Source: Polyangiaceae bacterium
Lineage (GTDB): Bacteria > Myxococcota_A > Polyangia > Polyangiales > Polyangiaceae
Reading direction: 5' to 3'
Assembly (NCBI GenBank): GCA_044376115.1
Contig: JBILLK010000023.1
Coordinates: forward strand, 96,001-160,000
Length of the DNA stretch: 64,000 bases
Within the stretch, counting starts at the first letter, position 1. Each line of letters opens with the position of its first letter. The translations under genes and the position numbers were made by a program. The notes under the pieces were generated by a model. The model was not told the DNA's origin, did not search any database, and saw nothing but the letters and a program-made list of their open reading frames with translations. Shown one piece after another: positions 46,246-55,542 of the stretch.

Positions 46246-47147
46246 CGACGAAGGGTCGGTTGCCTCCGAGGGCGGTGATTGTCAGCCGGCCCACCGACTA
46301 CGAGGCGCTGCTGCTACGCCACGGGACGCGGGCGCAAGCGAGCTTCTTCCTCGCGAACCAAGGTCAGCGTGTCGAGCCGCTGCTCGAGCGACATGCGTTG
46401 CAGCAGGCGGCGCTCCACCAAGTATCGAACGCCGTTCCCCTGCATTGGCGTCGAGCCAACGTCCCGCGCGCCGATCTCGACCGCTTCTTGTTCGAACCCG
46501 AGGATCTGATCTTGGCGGTCGGGCAAGACGGCTTGGTGGCCAACGTCGCCAAGTACCTGCGCAACCAAGCGGTGATCGGGCTGAACCCTTCGCTGGAGCT
46601 GTTCCCGGGGGTGTTGGTTCGCCACCCGCCCGGGGCGACACGCGACCTGCTCGCCGATTTCGAGCGAGGAACGCTGGCGACCGAGGAGCGCGCGATGGTC
46701 CACGCCGAGCGTGCGGATGGCTCGAGTTTGCTAGCGCTCAACGAGATCTTCGTTGGGCATCGCACCCACCAGAGCGCGCGTTACACGCTGGGCGTGGGCG
46801 AGCAGCGCGAGCGACAATCTTCGTCCGGCGTACTAATCGCCACCGGCACCGGTTGCACCGGCTGGGCGCGCAGCGTTGCGTTGCGTCGCTCGGGGTGCCC
46901 GGAGCTGCCCAGCCCGAACTCGAAGGACCTCGTCTTCCTCGTGCGTGAAGCTTGGCCGAGCCGCACCTCGGGCGCTGAGCTCGTGCATGGGCTGCTTGAC
47001 GAGGCCGGCAAGCTGACCATCGCCTCAGAGATGAACGACGGCGGAGTCTGCTTCGGCGACGGCATCGAGAGCGACCACCTCGAGCTGCCGTACGGCCAAG
47101 TCCTCACCATCCATCGTGCCCCCAACTCACTCCGCCTAGCGGCCTGA
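46242..47147 (+). CDS. NAD kinase-like protein
   Basis: VGQDGLVANVAKY, GLNP, ALNEIFVG, SSGVLIATGTGCTGW; ATGA overlap. Confidence 0.85.
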   Translation: MTTKGRLPPRAVIVSRPTDYEALLLRHGTRAQASFFLANQGQRVEPLLERHALQQAALHQVSNAVPLHWRRANVPRADLDRFLFEPEDLILAVGQDGLVANVAKYLRNQAVIGLNPSLELFPGVLVRHPPGATRDLLADFERGTLATEERAMVHAERADGSSLLALNEIFVGHRTHQSARYTLGVGEQRERQSSSGVLIATGTGCTGWARSVALRRSGCPELPSPNSKDLVFLVREAWPSRTSGAELVHGLLDEAGKLTIASEMNDGGVCFGDGIESDHLELPYGQVLTIHRAPNSLRLAA

Positions 47148-47153
47148 GGAACC

Positions 47154-47750
47154 ATGGAACTACGCCACCCCATCAACCAAAACGACCCATTCTTCTTGCG
47201 CCACGCGCCCTTCATCGCGGTCGTCGACGAGGTGCTCAGCGCCGGCGAGTGCGAAACGCTGATCGAACGGATCGAGTCGCTGTCGCCCAGCTTCGCTCCC
47301 ATCACGACGTCGCGGGGCTTCGTAGATCGTCCCGATATTCGCAACAACGACCGGGTGATTTTCGACGACGCGGCGCTCGCCGCCGACCTATTCGAAAGGC
47401 TGCGACAGCTGCTTCCAGAGCGACTGCGTCCCGATGACGCCCCGCGAACGGCTGCTGGACTCAACCCGCGGTTCCGTGGCTACCGCTACAGCCCAGGCCA
47501 GCGTTTCGCGCCGCACTACGACGGGCACTATCAGAACGATGAGGAGTGCAGCGAGCTCACCGTCCTCTTCTACTTGAACGAAGGCTTCGTGGGCGGCGCG
47601 ACGTCATTCTGCGATTGGGAGGTCAAGGTCGAGCCGAAACCCGGCCAGGTACTGCTCTTTGCTCACAGAGTGTTGCACGAAGGCTGCATTCTCGAGAGTG
47701 GTCGCAAGTACGTGCTTCGCAGCGACGTGATGTACCGCCGCCAGCGTTGA
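47154..47750 (+). CDS. 2OG-Fe(II) oxygenase, prolyl-4-hydroxylase-like
   Basis: RNNDR, FAPHYDG (HxD), YLNEGFVGG, HEG, KYVLRSD; GAGGA RBS. Confidence 0.9.
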   Translation: MELRHPINQNDPFFLRHAPFIAVVDEVLSAGECETLIERIESLSPSFAPITTSRGFVDRPDIRNNDRVIFDDAALAADLFERLRQLLPERLRPDDAPRTAAGLNPRFRGYRYSPGQRFAPHYDGHYQNDEECSELTVLFYLNEGFVGGATSFCDWEVKVEPKPGQVLLFAHRVLHEGCILESGRKYVLRSDVMYRRQR

Positions 47751-47771
47751 CGCTCATCTGCGACGTCGTCC

Positions 47772-48428
47772 TCACTTCTTCTGTGGCTGCGACTTCGCGA
47801 CGCAAGCGTCGTAGGCGGCCAAGTCGGGTTTGCCCCCCGGCTTCGGTACACACTCGGCGAGAGCGGGATGGCTGCCGATACAGCTCACGACCGACTGAGC
47901 GAGCGCTTGACCTACTCCGCGTGTTGCTTCCGTCTGCATTAGCTCGATGGTGCGTCGTGCCAAGGCACCACAGTCCTCCGCTGAATCCGCTGGTAAGGTG
48001 GCGTCGATGCTCTTGAGCGGCACTTCGATCTTCTTCTTCAAGCCGGCGATACACTCGGAGCTGAAGGCATCATCTGCCATCGCCTGTTGGAACTCGGGCA
48101 TCGTCAGCTTGTGTTTGCTGAACAGATCCTGGTGCAACGGAAAAGCCACGGGGCTGGCTTGGATCAGCGCTTCTGCGTAGGCCAAGCGGCTCTTCGGCCC
48201 ACGCTTGTTCACCGCAAGAATCGCCTCCGCCTGTCGGGTCGCGACGTCGTCGAAGAAGGCCAGCACGCGCTCACGCAGCTCCGCTGACACCACCGGCGCA
48301 GAGCGAACAGCGCTCGAGCTGGCTGCCGCCTGCACCGAGCTAGCGGCGCTCGCCGAGGAGGGAGCCGCCGTCGGCTCCCCAGCACATCCGATCACCAGCC
48401 AACCCACACACCAAAGCGCGCGCTTCAT
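47772..48428 (-). CDS. Hypothetical lipoprotein
   Basis: Lipobox VIGC, Ala/Ser linker, helical Cys-containing body. Confidence 0.65.
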   Translation of the reverse strand: MKRALWCVGWLVIGCAGEPTAAPSSASAASSVQAAASSSAVRSAPVVSAELRERVLAFFDDVATRQAEAILAVNKRGPKSRLAYAEALIQASPVAFPLHQDLFSKHKLTMPEFQQAMADDAFSSECIAGLKKKIEVPLKSIDATLPADSAEDCGALARRTIELMQTEATRGVGQALAQSVVSCIGSHPALAECVPKPGGKPDLAAYDACVAKSQPQKK

Positions 48429-48471
48429 GCCGGGGCGACGATAGTGCAGCGCCTCCGAGATGTCCGCTCGA

Positions 48472-51264
48472 TCAGCGCATCGGCTGCTTCGACTCTTGCA
48501 CCGTCGCCGTCAGGTCAACGTTCTTGCCGTCGCGCACCACGGTGATCTTCACCTTCTCCTTGGGGCGCAACTCACCGAGCACGAACATCAGGTCCTCGAC
48601 CGAGAGCACGTCGAAGCGACCGATCTTGACGATCTTGTCACCGCGTTTGGCTCCCGCGAGGTCGGCTGCACCGCCCGGACGCGCACCCGAGAGCACGACG
48701 CCCTTGGCGCCGGCCGAGGCGGCGTAGTCAGGGATGGTGCCGAGCGAAGCACCGAAGGTGCGGGTATCGCCCTTCGGCGAGGGAGAGGCGACCTTCTGGA
48801 AGGTCGGTCGTGCGGGCAGCGCGTCGATCCCGCGCAGAGCCTCGGCAGCGACGCCGGCGATCGCGCCCATACCAGCGGCGTTCAGCTTGTCCGAGGTGTC
48901 GCTCGGCTTGTGGTAGTCACCGTGCGTTCCGGAGAACAGGAACAACACCGGGACGTCGGCCGCGTAGAACGAAGCCTGATCGCTCGGGCCGTAGCCGCCG
49001 CCGCCGGAGAGCGCACAATCGACGCGCGACTTCTCGCAGGCGCCGCGCAGGATGTCCCCGAACTCGGTCGCGGTGTCATGGCCGGTCACGTCCAGCTTGT
49101 TACCGCGCAATCGACCGACCATGTCGAGGTTGATCATCGCGAGGATGTTCTTCGGCTCGAGCCCGGGCGGCGGGTTCTTCACCAAGTAGTTCGACCCGAG
49201 CACACCGCGCTCCTCGCCTGAGAAGAGCATGAACACGATGTCGTGCTTGAGGCCCTTCTTGCTCGCGAGTTCACGTGCGACCTCGAGCACGGTGGCAGTA
49301 CCCGAGGCGTTGTCATCGGCGCCGTGATGAATCGCCGGCTCGCCTGGTGCGAGCGAGCCGTGACCGCCCATCCCGAGGTGGTCGTAGTGCGCGCCGATCA
49401 CGATGCTGCCTTGCGACGGGCCGTCGGCTTTGAGCGTGCCGATCACGTTGAAGGCCGGCTTCTTCTCGTCGCTGAGCTCCACCGTCAATTTGGCCGAGAG
49501 CTTCTTCTTCTTCGCCAACTGATCGACGATCCCCGCGAGCGCAGCGCGCGGCGCGATGATCGCCGGTATGCCTGCTGCGCCCGAAGCGTCGGGGCTGAGC
49601 GTCGGCATCTTCGTCTCATCGGGCAACTTCCAATCCGCTGCCGCGCCCTTCGGCTTCACCGGCAGGTCCACCACGATGATCGCCTTGGCGCCCTTGTCGC
49701 GCGCCAACCAGGCTTTGCGCCGCAGGTCACCGTTGCGACGGTTGGCATCGGCGGTGCTGAAGGCCGGCTCCTCCGGAACGTAGCGGCGCACGACGACGAT
49801 CTTCCCTTTGACGTCGAGGCCCTTGTAGTCGGAGTACTTGTCGGTCTCGACGCCGTACCCAGCGAGCACGAGCTCGCCCTCCAAATCTTTCACCGGGGTG
49901 GAGAGGCTCAGCGGCTGGGCGCCCTCGAGCACTTTGCCGTCTACGGTAAGGGCGGCGCTGCCCTTCACCGCGACGGTCACGTCGAACGACTGTCGGAACG
50001 AGGTCGCGCTCGCGCCCGGCGTGAGCCCAAGTTCTTGCAGACGCTTCTCGATGAAAGCGCCGGCCTCCTCGAGCCCCTTCGAACCGACGCCGCGACCTTC
50101 GCGCGCCGGCTCAGACAGCCACTTCGCGTCCTTCATGATGCGATCGGCGGCGGTGGGGATGGCGTTGACTTCACCGTCGACCCACTTGGCGTGGAAGACG
50201 TTGGTGTCGTTGCTGCCCGGCGCAGTAGCGCGGTTCGACGAGAAGGAGAGGATCTTCCCGTCGGGCGAGAACATCGGAAAGCCGTCAAATCCCTGCGAAT
50301 CGGTGATGCGCTCGAGCCCGGTGCCGTCGGTGTTGATGGCCCACAGATCGAACTCACGACCCTTGGGATCGCCGTAGTTGGAGCTGAAGATGATGCGCTT
50401 ACCGTCGGGGTAGAGGTACGGGCCGAAGGAGGCCGAGTTGAGGTAGGTGACCTGCACCGGGTCCGAGCCGTCGGCGTTCGCCACGTACAGCTCGAGCTTG
50501 GTCGGGCGCACGAGGCCTTTGCTGAGCAGCGACTTGAAGTCCTCCAGGCTCTTGCCCTTGGGACGCGAGGCACGCCAAACGATCTTCGAGCAATCGTCGC
50601 TGAAGAACGCGCCGCCGTCGTAGCCGGGCTCGTTCGTCAAACGCTTCACGTTCTTGCCGTCAGCGTCCATCCGGTAGAGCTCGATGTCGCCGTCGCGCAC
50701 CGAGGTGAAGATGATCGAGCCGTCCTTCTTGCAGACGGTCCCTTCGGCGTCGTAGCCGGGCGAGTCGGTGAGCCGCACCACGCCCGAGCCGTCGGCCTTC
50801 GACCTGTAGATCTCGTACGAATCGTAAAGAGCCCAGGTGTAGCCGTGCTCCATGCTCGGCTTGGGTGGGCACTCGGCGCCGCCGGTCTCGGTCGAGGCGA
50901 AGATCACGTCCTTGTCCCCCGGCAGGAAGTAGGAGCACGTGGTCGCCCCTTTGCCGTTGGAGACAGGTGTTATGAGCTTCGGATCGGCGACGTTCATACG
51001 GAAGATTTGGTCGCACTTCATGTCGCCGGTGCGGGCCTGCAGGATCAGCTCGGAGCCGCCCATCGACCAATAGGCCTCGGCATTCTCCCCGCCGAAGGTC
51101 AGCTGACGCAGCTCGGAGAGATGCGGTTCTTTGCTCGCCGGCGGCTTGACCTCTGCGGCCGAGCCGGAGGGCTTCGGCACCACCGGGTGGTGCGGGTCTT
51201 CACAAGCCGCCACCGTCGTCAAGAGCCCGATGAGCAAAATCTCGCGCCTCAAATCAACTACCAT
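48472..51264 (-). CDS. M28 peptidase lipoprotein (TolB-like PD40 propeller + PA + M28 + PDZ)
   Basis: Lipobox VAAC after ATG 51264; GENAEAYW, GAHYDHLG, GADDNASG, GEERG, NLDMVG, SDQ, YHKPSD, LGTIPDY. Confidence 0.9.
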   Translation of the reverse strand: MVVDLRREILLIGLLTTVAACEDPHHPVVPKPSGSAAEVKPPASKEPHLSELRQLTFGGENAEAYWSMGGSELILQARTGDMKCDQIFRMNVADPKLITPVSNGKGATTCSYFLPGDKDVIFASTETGGAECPPKPSMEHGYTWALYDSYEIYRSKADGSGVVRLTDSPGYDAEGTVCKKDGSIIFTSVRDGDIELYRMDADGKNVKRLTNEPGYDGGAFFSDDCSKIVWRASRPKGKSLEDFKSLLSKGLVRPTKLELYVANADGSDPVQVTYLNSASFGPYLYPDGKRIIFSSNYGDPKGREFDLWAINTDGTGLERITDSQGFDGFPMFSPDGKILSFSSNRATAPGSNDTNVFHAKWVDGEVNAIPTAADRIMKDAKWLSEPAREGRGVGSKGLEEAGAFIEKRLQELGLTPGASATSFRQSFDVTVAVKGSAALTVDGKVLEGAQPLSLSTPVKDLEGELVLAGYGVETDKYSDYKGLDVKGKIVVVRRYVPEEPAFSTADANRRNGDLRRKAWLARDKGAKAIIVVDLPVKPKGAAADWKLPDETKMPTLSPDASGAAGIPAIIAPRAALAGIVDQLAKKKKLSAKLTVELSDEKKPAFNVIGTLKADGPSQGSIVIGAHYDHLGMGGHGSLAPGEPAIHHGADDNASGTATVLEVARELASKKGLKHDIVFMLFSGEERGVLGSNYLVKNPPPGLEPKNILAMINLDMVGRLRGNKLDVTGHDTATEFGDILRGACEKSRVDCALSGGGGYGPSDQASFYAADVPVLFLFSGTHGDYHKPSDTSDKLNAAGMGAIAGVAAEALRGIDALPARPTFQKVASPSPKGDTRTFGASLGTIPDYAASAGAKGVVLSGARPGGAADLAGAKRGDKIVKIGRFDVLSVEDLMFVLGELRPKEKVKITVVRDGKNVDLTATVQESKQPMR

Positions 51265-51428
51265 CTCGAACGATCGCTTTCCGCCACCGTCCGTGGCGCA
51301 GTTTGGGCCTCTGATAGCAGCCTTTGCCTTCAATGCGAACAGCCTTGGCAGCGCACCGTCGACTCGTGCCAAAGTCGAAAGTGCAATCGACGACCGATGA
51401 GAGCGCTGTGCCGTCGGCTCGGCTACTT

Positions 51429-51450
51429 GATAATGAAAACCCAATTCAGT
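51429..51450 (+). promoter_or_regulatory. Putative Fur box
   Basis: GATAATGAAAACCCAATTC matches GATAATGATAATCATTATC at 13/19; TGAA-N7-TTCA dyad; AT-rich patch just upstream of a TonB receptor. Confidence 0.65.
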
Positions 51451-51482
51451 AACAAGCCTGTTATCGTTGCTCAGGGCCGCTT

Positions 51483-53567
51483 GTGAACGTGAACCAGCCA
51501 ATCCGCACTACTCGCGCCGCGTTTCGGCTCGCGGTGGGTTGGATCGCGCTGTGCGCCTTGCTTCCGCATCAGGCGCTGGCCGAAGAGTCGGCGGCTAGCG
51601 AAGCCACGCCCAGCGAACCTGCGGCCAGCACGGAGGACGCCACCAGCACTGAATCGAGCGAAGACAGCGAGGAGCTCGAGGTCGTGATCACCGGCTCACG
51701 CGGCGCGGAGGCACGCTCGCGCTCGATCGTGCGGGTCGACGTCGTCACCGCCGAAGAAGCGCGCAGACGCGGCGCGACCAACGTCGGAGAAGCGTTGGCC
51801 GGCGAGCTTGGAGTCACCGTCAACCCAAGCGCCTACGGCTCGATCGGAAACCCCAGCGCCGCGCAGATCGGCGGCTTCGATCGCGAACGCATCCTGATCC
51901 TCGAGGACGGCGAGCGGGTGGTCGGGGATGTCGGCGGAGCCGTGGATCTGTCGCAGCTTTCGATCGGCGGGCTCTCGCGGATCGAGGTGGTCCGTGGTCC
52001 TTCGAGCGCGCTCTACGGCACCAGCGCCATCGGCGGCGTGATCAACGTGATCTCCGGGCCGCCCGAGCTGGAGGGCTTTTCGGGTTCGGTCCGGCTCGAA
52101 GGCCGGCATCGTTGGGGCGGCTTCGCCTCCGCTGATTTGGCCTATCGGCAGGCGGACAGCTGGGTATCGACGACGGCGTCTTTCTACGGCTCGCAGGGTG
52201 TGAGCCTGGCGCCGCCGGATCTCGCCCTCCCCGACACCTATCGCGTCGACACCACCGTGCGCGCAGGGACCAAGCTGCAGCGCCTTCACGATCTTTCGAT
52301 CAAGGCGAACTTCCGTCGCGAGGCCTCGCGCGGACTGGATAGCCAACAGATCCCCGGGCTCGACACCTTCTTGATCGATCTGCCCGACGTGACGAACCGG
52401 CTCTCCTTCCGCGCGCTCGATCGACTGCTGCTCGGCGAAGGTCACGAGCTCACGCTCTCGCTCGCCAAACAGTGGTTCTGGAACCAGACCGGGAATGATC
52501 GTCGCGACTCACCGATCGACGATACGCGCACCCGCTTTCACACCATGCACGCGGCCGAGGCTACCGGCTCCTTCTTTCAGAAAGAGCGCGTTTCGTTCCT
52601 CGTCGGTGCGCGCGGTGAGGTCGAGCAGTTCGACCAACAGCTCGAGCGCAAGAGCTTGCAAGGCACCGAAGTGGTATCGACCTCGCTCGAGGAGGTCGTG
52701 CCCACGCAACTCGGCAGCGGCGCGCTTTACAGCCAGGTGCGCTTCGACCCCCTCGATTGGTTCTCCGGCACCGTGGGCGGTCGCGTGGAAGCGAGCCCCA
52801 AATACGGCTTCGCCGCCGCGCCCAAGCTCTCGGTCGTGTTTCTGCCGATGAAGGAGCTAGCGATTCGAGCCAGCGTGGGCCGCGGCTATCGTGCACCGAC
52901 GGCGAAGGAGGTCGGCTTCGTGTTCGATCACAGCACCTTCGGTTACCGCGTGATCGGCAACCCCGACTTGGTGCCGGAGACCTCGTGGGGCGTGCAAGGG
53001 GACGTCGAGCTTCGGCCAACGCGCGCGTTGCAATTCAGGGTCGCTGGGTACGCCAACTGGGTATCCGAGCTGATCGATCTTCGCGTCGCGGGGAGCTCCG
53101 ACGTCGCGGGCATCGACGACTACACCTACTTGAACGTCGGGCGCGCGCTGACCTCGGGCGTGGAGGCTGTCGCCATCGTCAAAGCGACCGAGTTCGTGCG
53201 CGCCGAGGCCGGTTACACCTACGCCTTCACCCGCGACCAAGAGCTCGAGCGGCCTTTGCCTGGACGAGCGCCGCACACACTGCTCGTCTCGGTCACCGCC
53301 GACACACCGATTGGCCTTTCGTTTTATGCGCGCGCTCGCGTGGCCACCGACGCGTACATCGACGACGAGCTGCGTACGCCCTCCTTCGGTACGCTGGACT
53401 TGCGGCTCTCGCAGCGACTTTGGTCGGGCGCCCAAGCCTACGGCAGCGTGCTCAACCTGCTCGGCGCACAAAAAGATCCGAGTCGAATTGCGGATCCGCG
53501 ACCGATCGAAGGTCGTACATTTCTCGTTGGCCTCGCGGCCGATCTTCCTCCCCCACCGGAGCTTTGA
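51483..53567 (+). CDS. TonB-dependent receptor, probably heme/iron
   Basis: VVITGSR, plug IEVVRGPSSALYGTSAIGGVINVI, GYRAPT, GNPDLVPE, NLLG...GRTF. Confidence 0.92.
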   Translation: MNVNQPIRTTRAAFRLAVGWIALCALLPHQALAEESAASEATPSEPAASTEDATSTESSEDSEELEVVITGSRGAEARSRSIVRVDVVTAEEARRRGATNVGEALAGELGVTVNPSAYGSIGNPSAAQIGGFDRERILILEDGERVVGDVGGAVDLSQLSIGGLSRIEVVRGPSSALYGTSAIGGVINVISGPPELEGFSGSVRLEGRHRWGGFASADLAYRQADSWVSTTASFYGSQGVSLAPPDLALPDTYRVDTTVRAGTKLQRLHDLSIKANFRREASRGLDSQQIPGLDTFLIDLPDVTNRLSFRALDRLLLGEGHELTLSLAKQWFWNQTGNDRRDSPIDDTRTRFHTMHAAEATGSFFQKERVSFLVGARGEVEQFDQQLERKSLQGTEVVSTSLEEVVPTQLGSGALYSQVRFDPLDWFSGTVGGRVEASPKYGFAAAPKLSVVFLPMKELAIRASVGRGYRAPTAKEVGFVFDHSTFGYRVIGNPDLVPETSWGVQGDVELRPTRALQFRVAGYANWVSELIDLRVAGSSDVAGIDDYTYLNVGRALTSGVEAVAIVKATEFVRAEAGYTYAFTRDQELERPLPGRAPHTLLVSVTADTPIGLSFYARARVATDAYIDDELRTPSFGTLDLRLSQRLWSGAQAYGSVLNLLGAQKDPSRIADPRPIEGRTFLVGLAADLPPPPEL

Positions 53568-53570
53568 CGT

Positions 53571-54689
53571 ATGCGGTTCTTGACTTGGTTTGGCGTTTCT
53601 TTGGCAGCTCTGTCGCTGCTCGCTTGCGATGAACGTGGCGACGCGAGCGGCGGCGGCGGAGTGGGAGGCGCTGGCGGCGCGGCCGGCGGAGATCCACTGC
53701 TCGAGGGTACTTTGCTCGAGGTCCCGACCGGGGCAGAGCCAACCTACGTCGACCTCGACGGCCCTTCGCTGGTGAGCGAGTCCGACGGCTGGGAGCTGCG
53801 CTTCACTGGCAAGAACATCCAGACCAACGGCGGCGTCTCCGGGCCCGAGAATGGCGCTGCATTTGGCCCGCTCGACCTCGTGACCTTCGCCGAAGACACC
53901 GTGCCAGCCGAGGTTCCCTTCCTGTTCGAAGATGAATTCGGCGGGGCGTTTGCGCGGTGGTTTGCCTACGACGGCAACGAGCACGTGCTCTACAGCCGCT
54001 TTCACGTCTACGGCATCCGTCGCGGTGATGAGTTGTACAAGTTGCAGCTATTGGGCTTTTACGGTGAAGCGCAGGGCGCGCCGGTCAACGGCCTGTTTCG
54101 TATCCGCTATGCGCGCGTGACCGACGCCGGCGCTGAAGAGACGTTCGAGGTGATGGAGCTCGATGGCACCGCGGGAGGCTCGATGGAACCCACCGACGCC
54201 GACCCGAGCGGCTGTTTGCGACTTTCGACGGGAGAGGTGCTGCAACTCACGCCGCCCGAGGCCAAGGCCAGCGCCGATTGGGACGTGTGTTTTCGTCGCG
54301 CGACGATCTCGGTGAACGGCGGTGAAGGCGCAGCTGGATCGGTCGAGGCGGTGGACCTCGATCTCGACAAGACCGCAGGCGAGACGTTGGCCGAGGTCGC
54401 CGAGCGTACGGCTGCGACCGAACTCGCAGCGTTCGACGCGGTCGATGTGGCGGTGCTCTCCGCGCCTTCGGTCGCTTGGCTCTTCGACGGGGTGATCAGC
54501 GCCTTCACCAATCGTTGGTTCACCGTGGGATCCGATCCGCTCGAGCCGGCGGGCCTGATTTGGCTGGTCGCCGGCACCGATGGAGAGACGCCATACTTCG
54601 TAGGCTTTGAGTCCTTCAGCGACGCAACCGCCGCGAGCCCCGGAACGGTCATGCTCCGGGTCAAAGCAATCCAGGGCTCGCTCCCTTGA
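53571..54689 (+). CDS. HmuY-family lipoprotein, apparently two HmuY domains
   Basis: Lipobox LLAC; WELRF..IQTNGGVSG, YKLQLLGFY, second WDVCFRRATISVNGG. Confidence 0.78.
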   Translation: MRFLTWFGVSLAALSLLACDERGDASGGGGVGGAGGAAGGDPLLEGTLLEVPTGAEPTYVDLDGPSLVSESDGWELRFTGKNIQTNGGVSGPENGAAFGPLDLVTFAEDTVPAEVPFLFEDEFGGAFARWFAYDGNEHVLYSRFHVYGIRRGDELYKLQLLGFYGEAQGAPVNGLFRIRYARVTDAGAEETFEVMELDGTAGGSMEPTDADPSGCLRLSTGEVLQLTPPEAKASADWDVCFRRATISVNGGEGAAGSVEAVDLDLDKTAGETLAEVAERTAATELAAFDAVDVAVLSAPSVAWLFDGVISAFTNRWFTVGSDPLEPAGLIWLVAGTDGETPYFVGFESFSDATAASPGTVMLRVKAIQGSLP

Positions 54690-54735
54690 CATCCCGCTGT
54701 TTGTCGCAGCACTCTCCTCGACGATGGAGCTTCCG

Positions 54736-55542
54736 ATGAAAAACCTTCTTGCTCTCTTTGGTACCCTTTCGATCCTCGCGGCTTGTGGAGACTCCGGCAC
54801 TGGAGGTGCGGGCGGTGACGGAGGCTCGGGTGGTGTCGGCGGTGACGGGGGCTCGGCTGGGGCAACCGTAGAACCGGTGTGCAGTGAGCCGGTGGCCGTC
54901 CCCTGTGAGGACGAGGTGATCCTCGGGATGAACCTGAAGACGACGGTCTCGCCGACCAGCATCACCAATGAGCCTGACGGCGACGGCTTCGCTTCGCTGA
55001 TCGACGCCACCGCTGGCGGACCGTTCAACGCAGATCCGCCGTCACACACCTACGGAAAGTTCACCGAGAACGGTCTGGAGAAGGTGGAGATCAACGACGA
55101 GGACGCGCTCACCTCGATGGACTGGGACATCTCCTTTCGCCGCTACGTCGGGCGCATCAACAGCGGCAACTCTGGACCTTCCTGTGTTTCGGCGGCCCGC
55201 CTTCCCGGTATGCCCGTCTACGACAGCATCAGCTCGGTGGAGGAAGGGCTGACCTTCCGAACCGATGAGTACTTCACCGACACCTGCGAGCTGATCGCAG
55301 ACGGCACCGGGCTCGAGGGCTCTCCGGCCACGGCGCTCTCCAGCTACTGGACCTACCCGGGCTGCGTCCAAATGACCGACAACGTCTACATCGTGCGGCT
55401 CGCCGACGGGCGGACCCTCAAGCTCACCGTGACCAACTTCTACGATGAGGCCGCCCAAGAGTCCTGCGACTCGTCGGGTTCGGTACCGATGGGCGATACA
55501 GGCTCCGGCAACATCCGCGTACGTTGGGCCTTCGTACCGTGA
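54736..55542 (+). CDS. HmuY-family lipoprotein
   Basis: Lipobox LAAC; WDISFRRY..RINSG.SGP, VYIVRLADG..LKL...FY. Confidence 0.82.
   Translation: MKNLLALFGTLSILAACGDSGTGGAGGDGGSGGVGGDGGSAGATVEPVCSEPVAVPCEDEVILGMNLKTTVSPTSITNEPDGDGFASLIDATAGGPFNADPPSHTYGKFTENGLEKVEINDEDALTSMDWDISFRRYVGRINSGNSGPSCVSAARLPGMPVYDSISSVEEGLTFRTDEYFTDTCELIADGTGLEGSPATALSSYWTYPGCVQMTDNVYIVRLADGRTLKLTVTNFYDEAAQESCDSSGSVPMGDTGSGNIRVRWAFVP

Noticed and set aside
49243..51486. 747-aa plus-strand ORF; similar long ORFs at 19671-20876, 27569-28708, 31209-33113 and 58076-59260
   Set aside because: Antisense shadows of well-supported genes, expected at high GC3; no motifs of their own.
51265..51501. 79-aa N-terminal extension of the M28 peptidase ORF
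   Set aside because: The signal peptide begins at ATG 51264; the extension crosses the Fur-like box and the receptor start.
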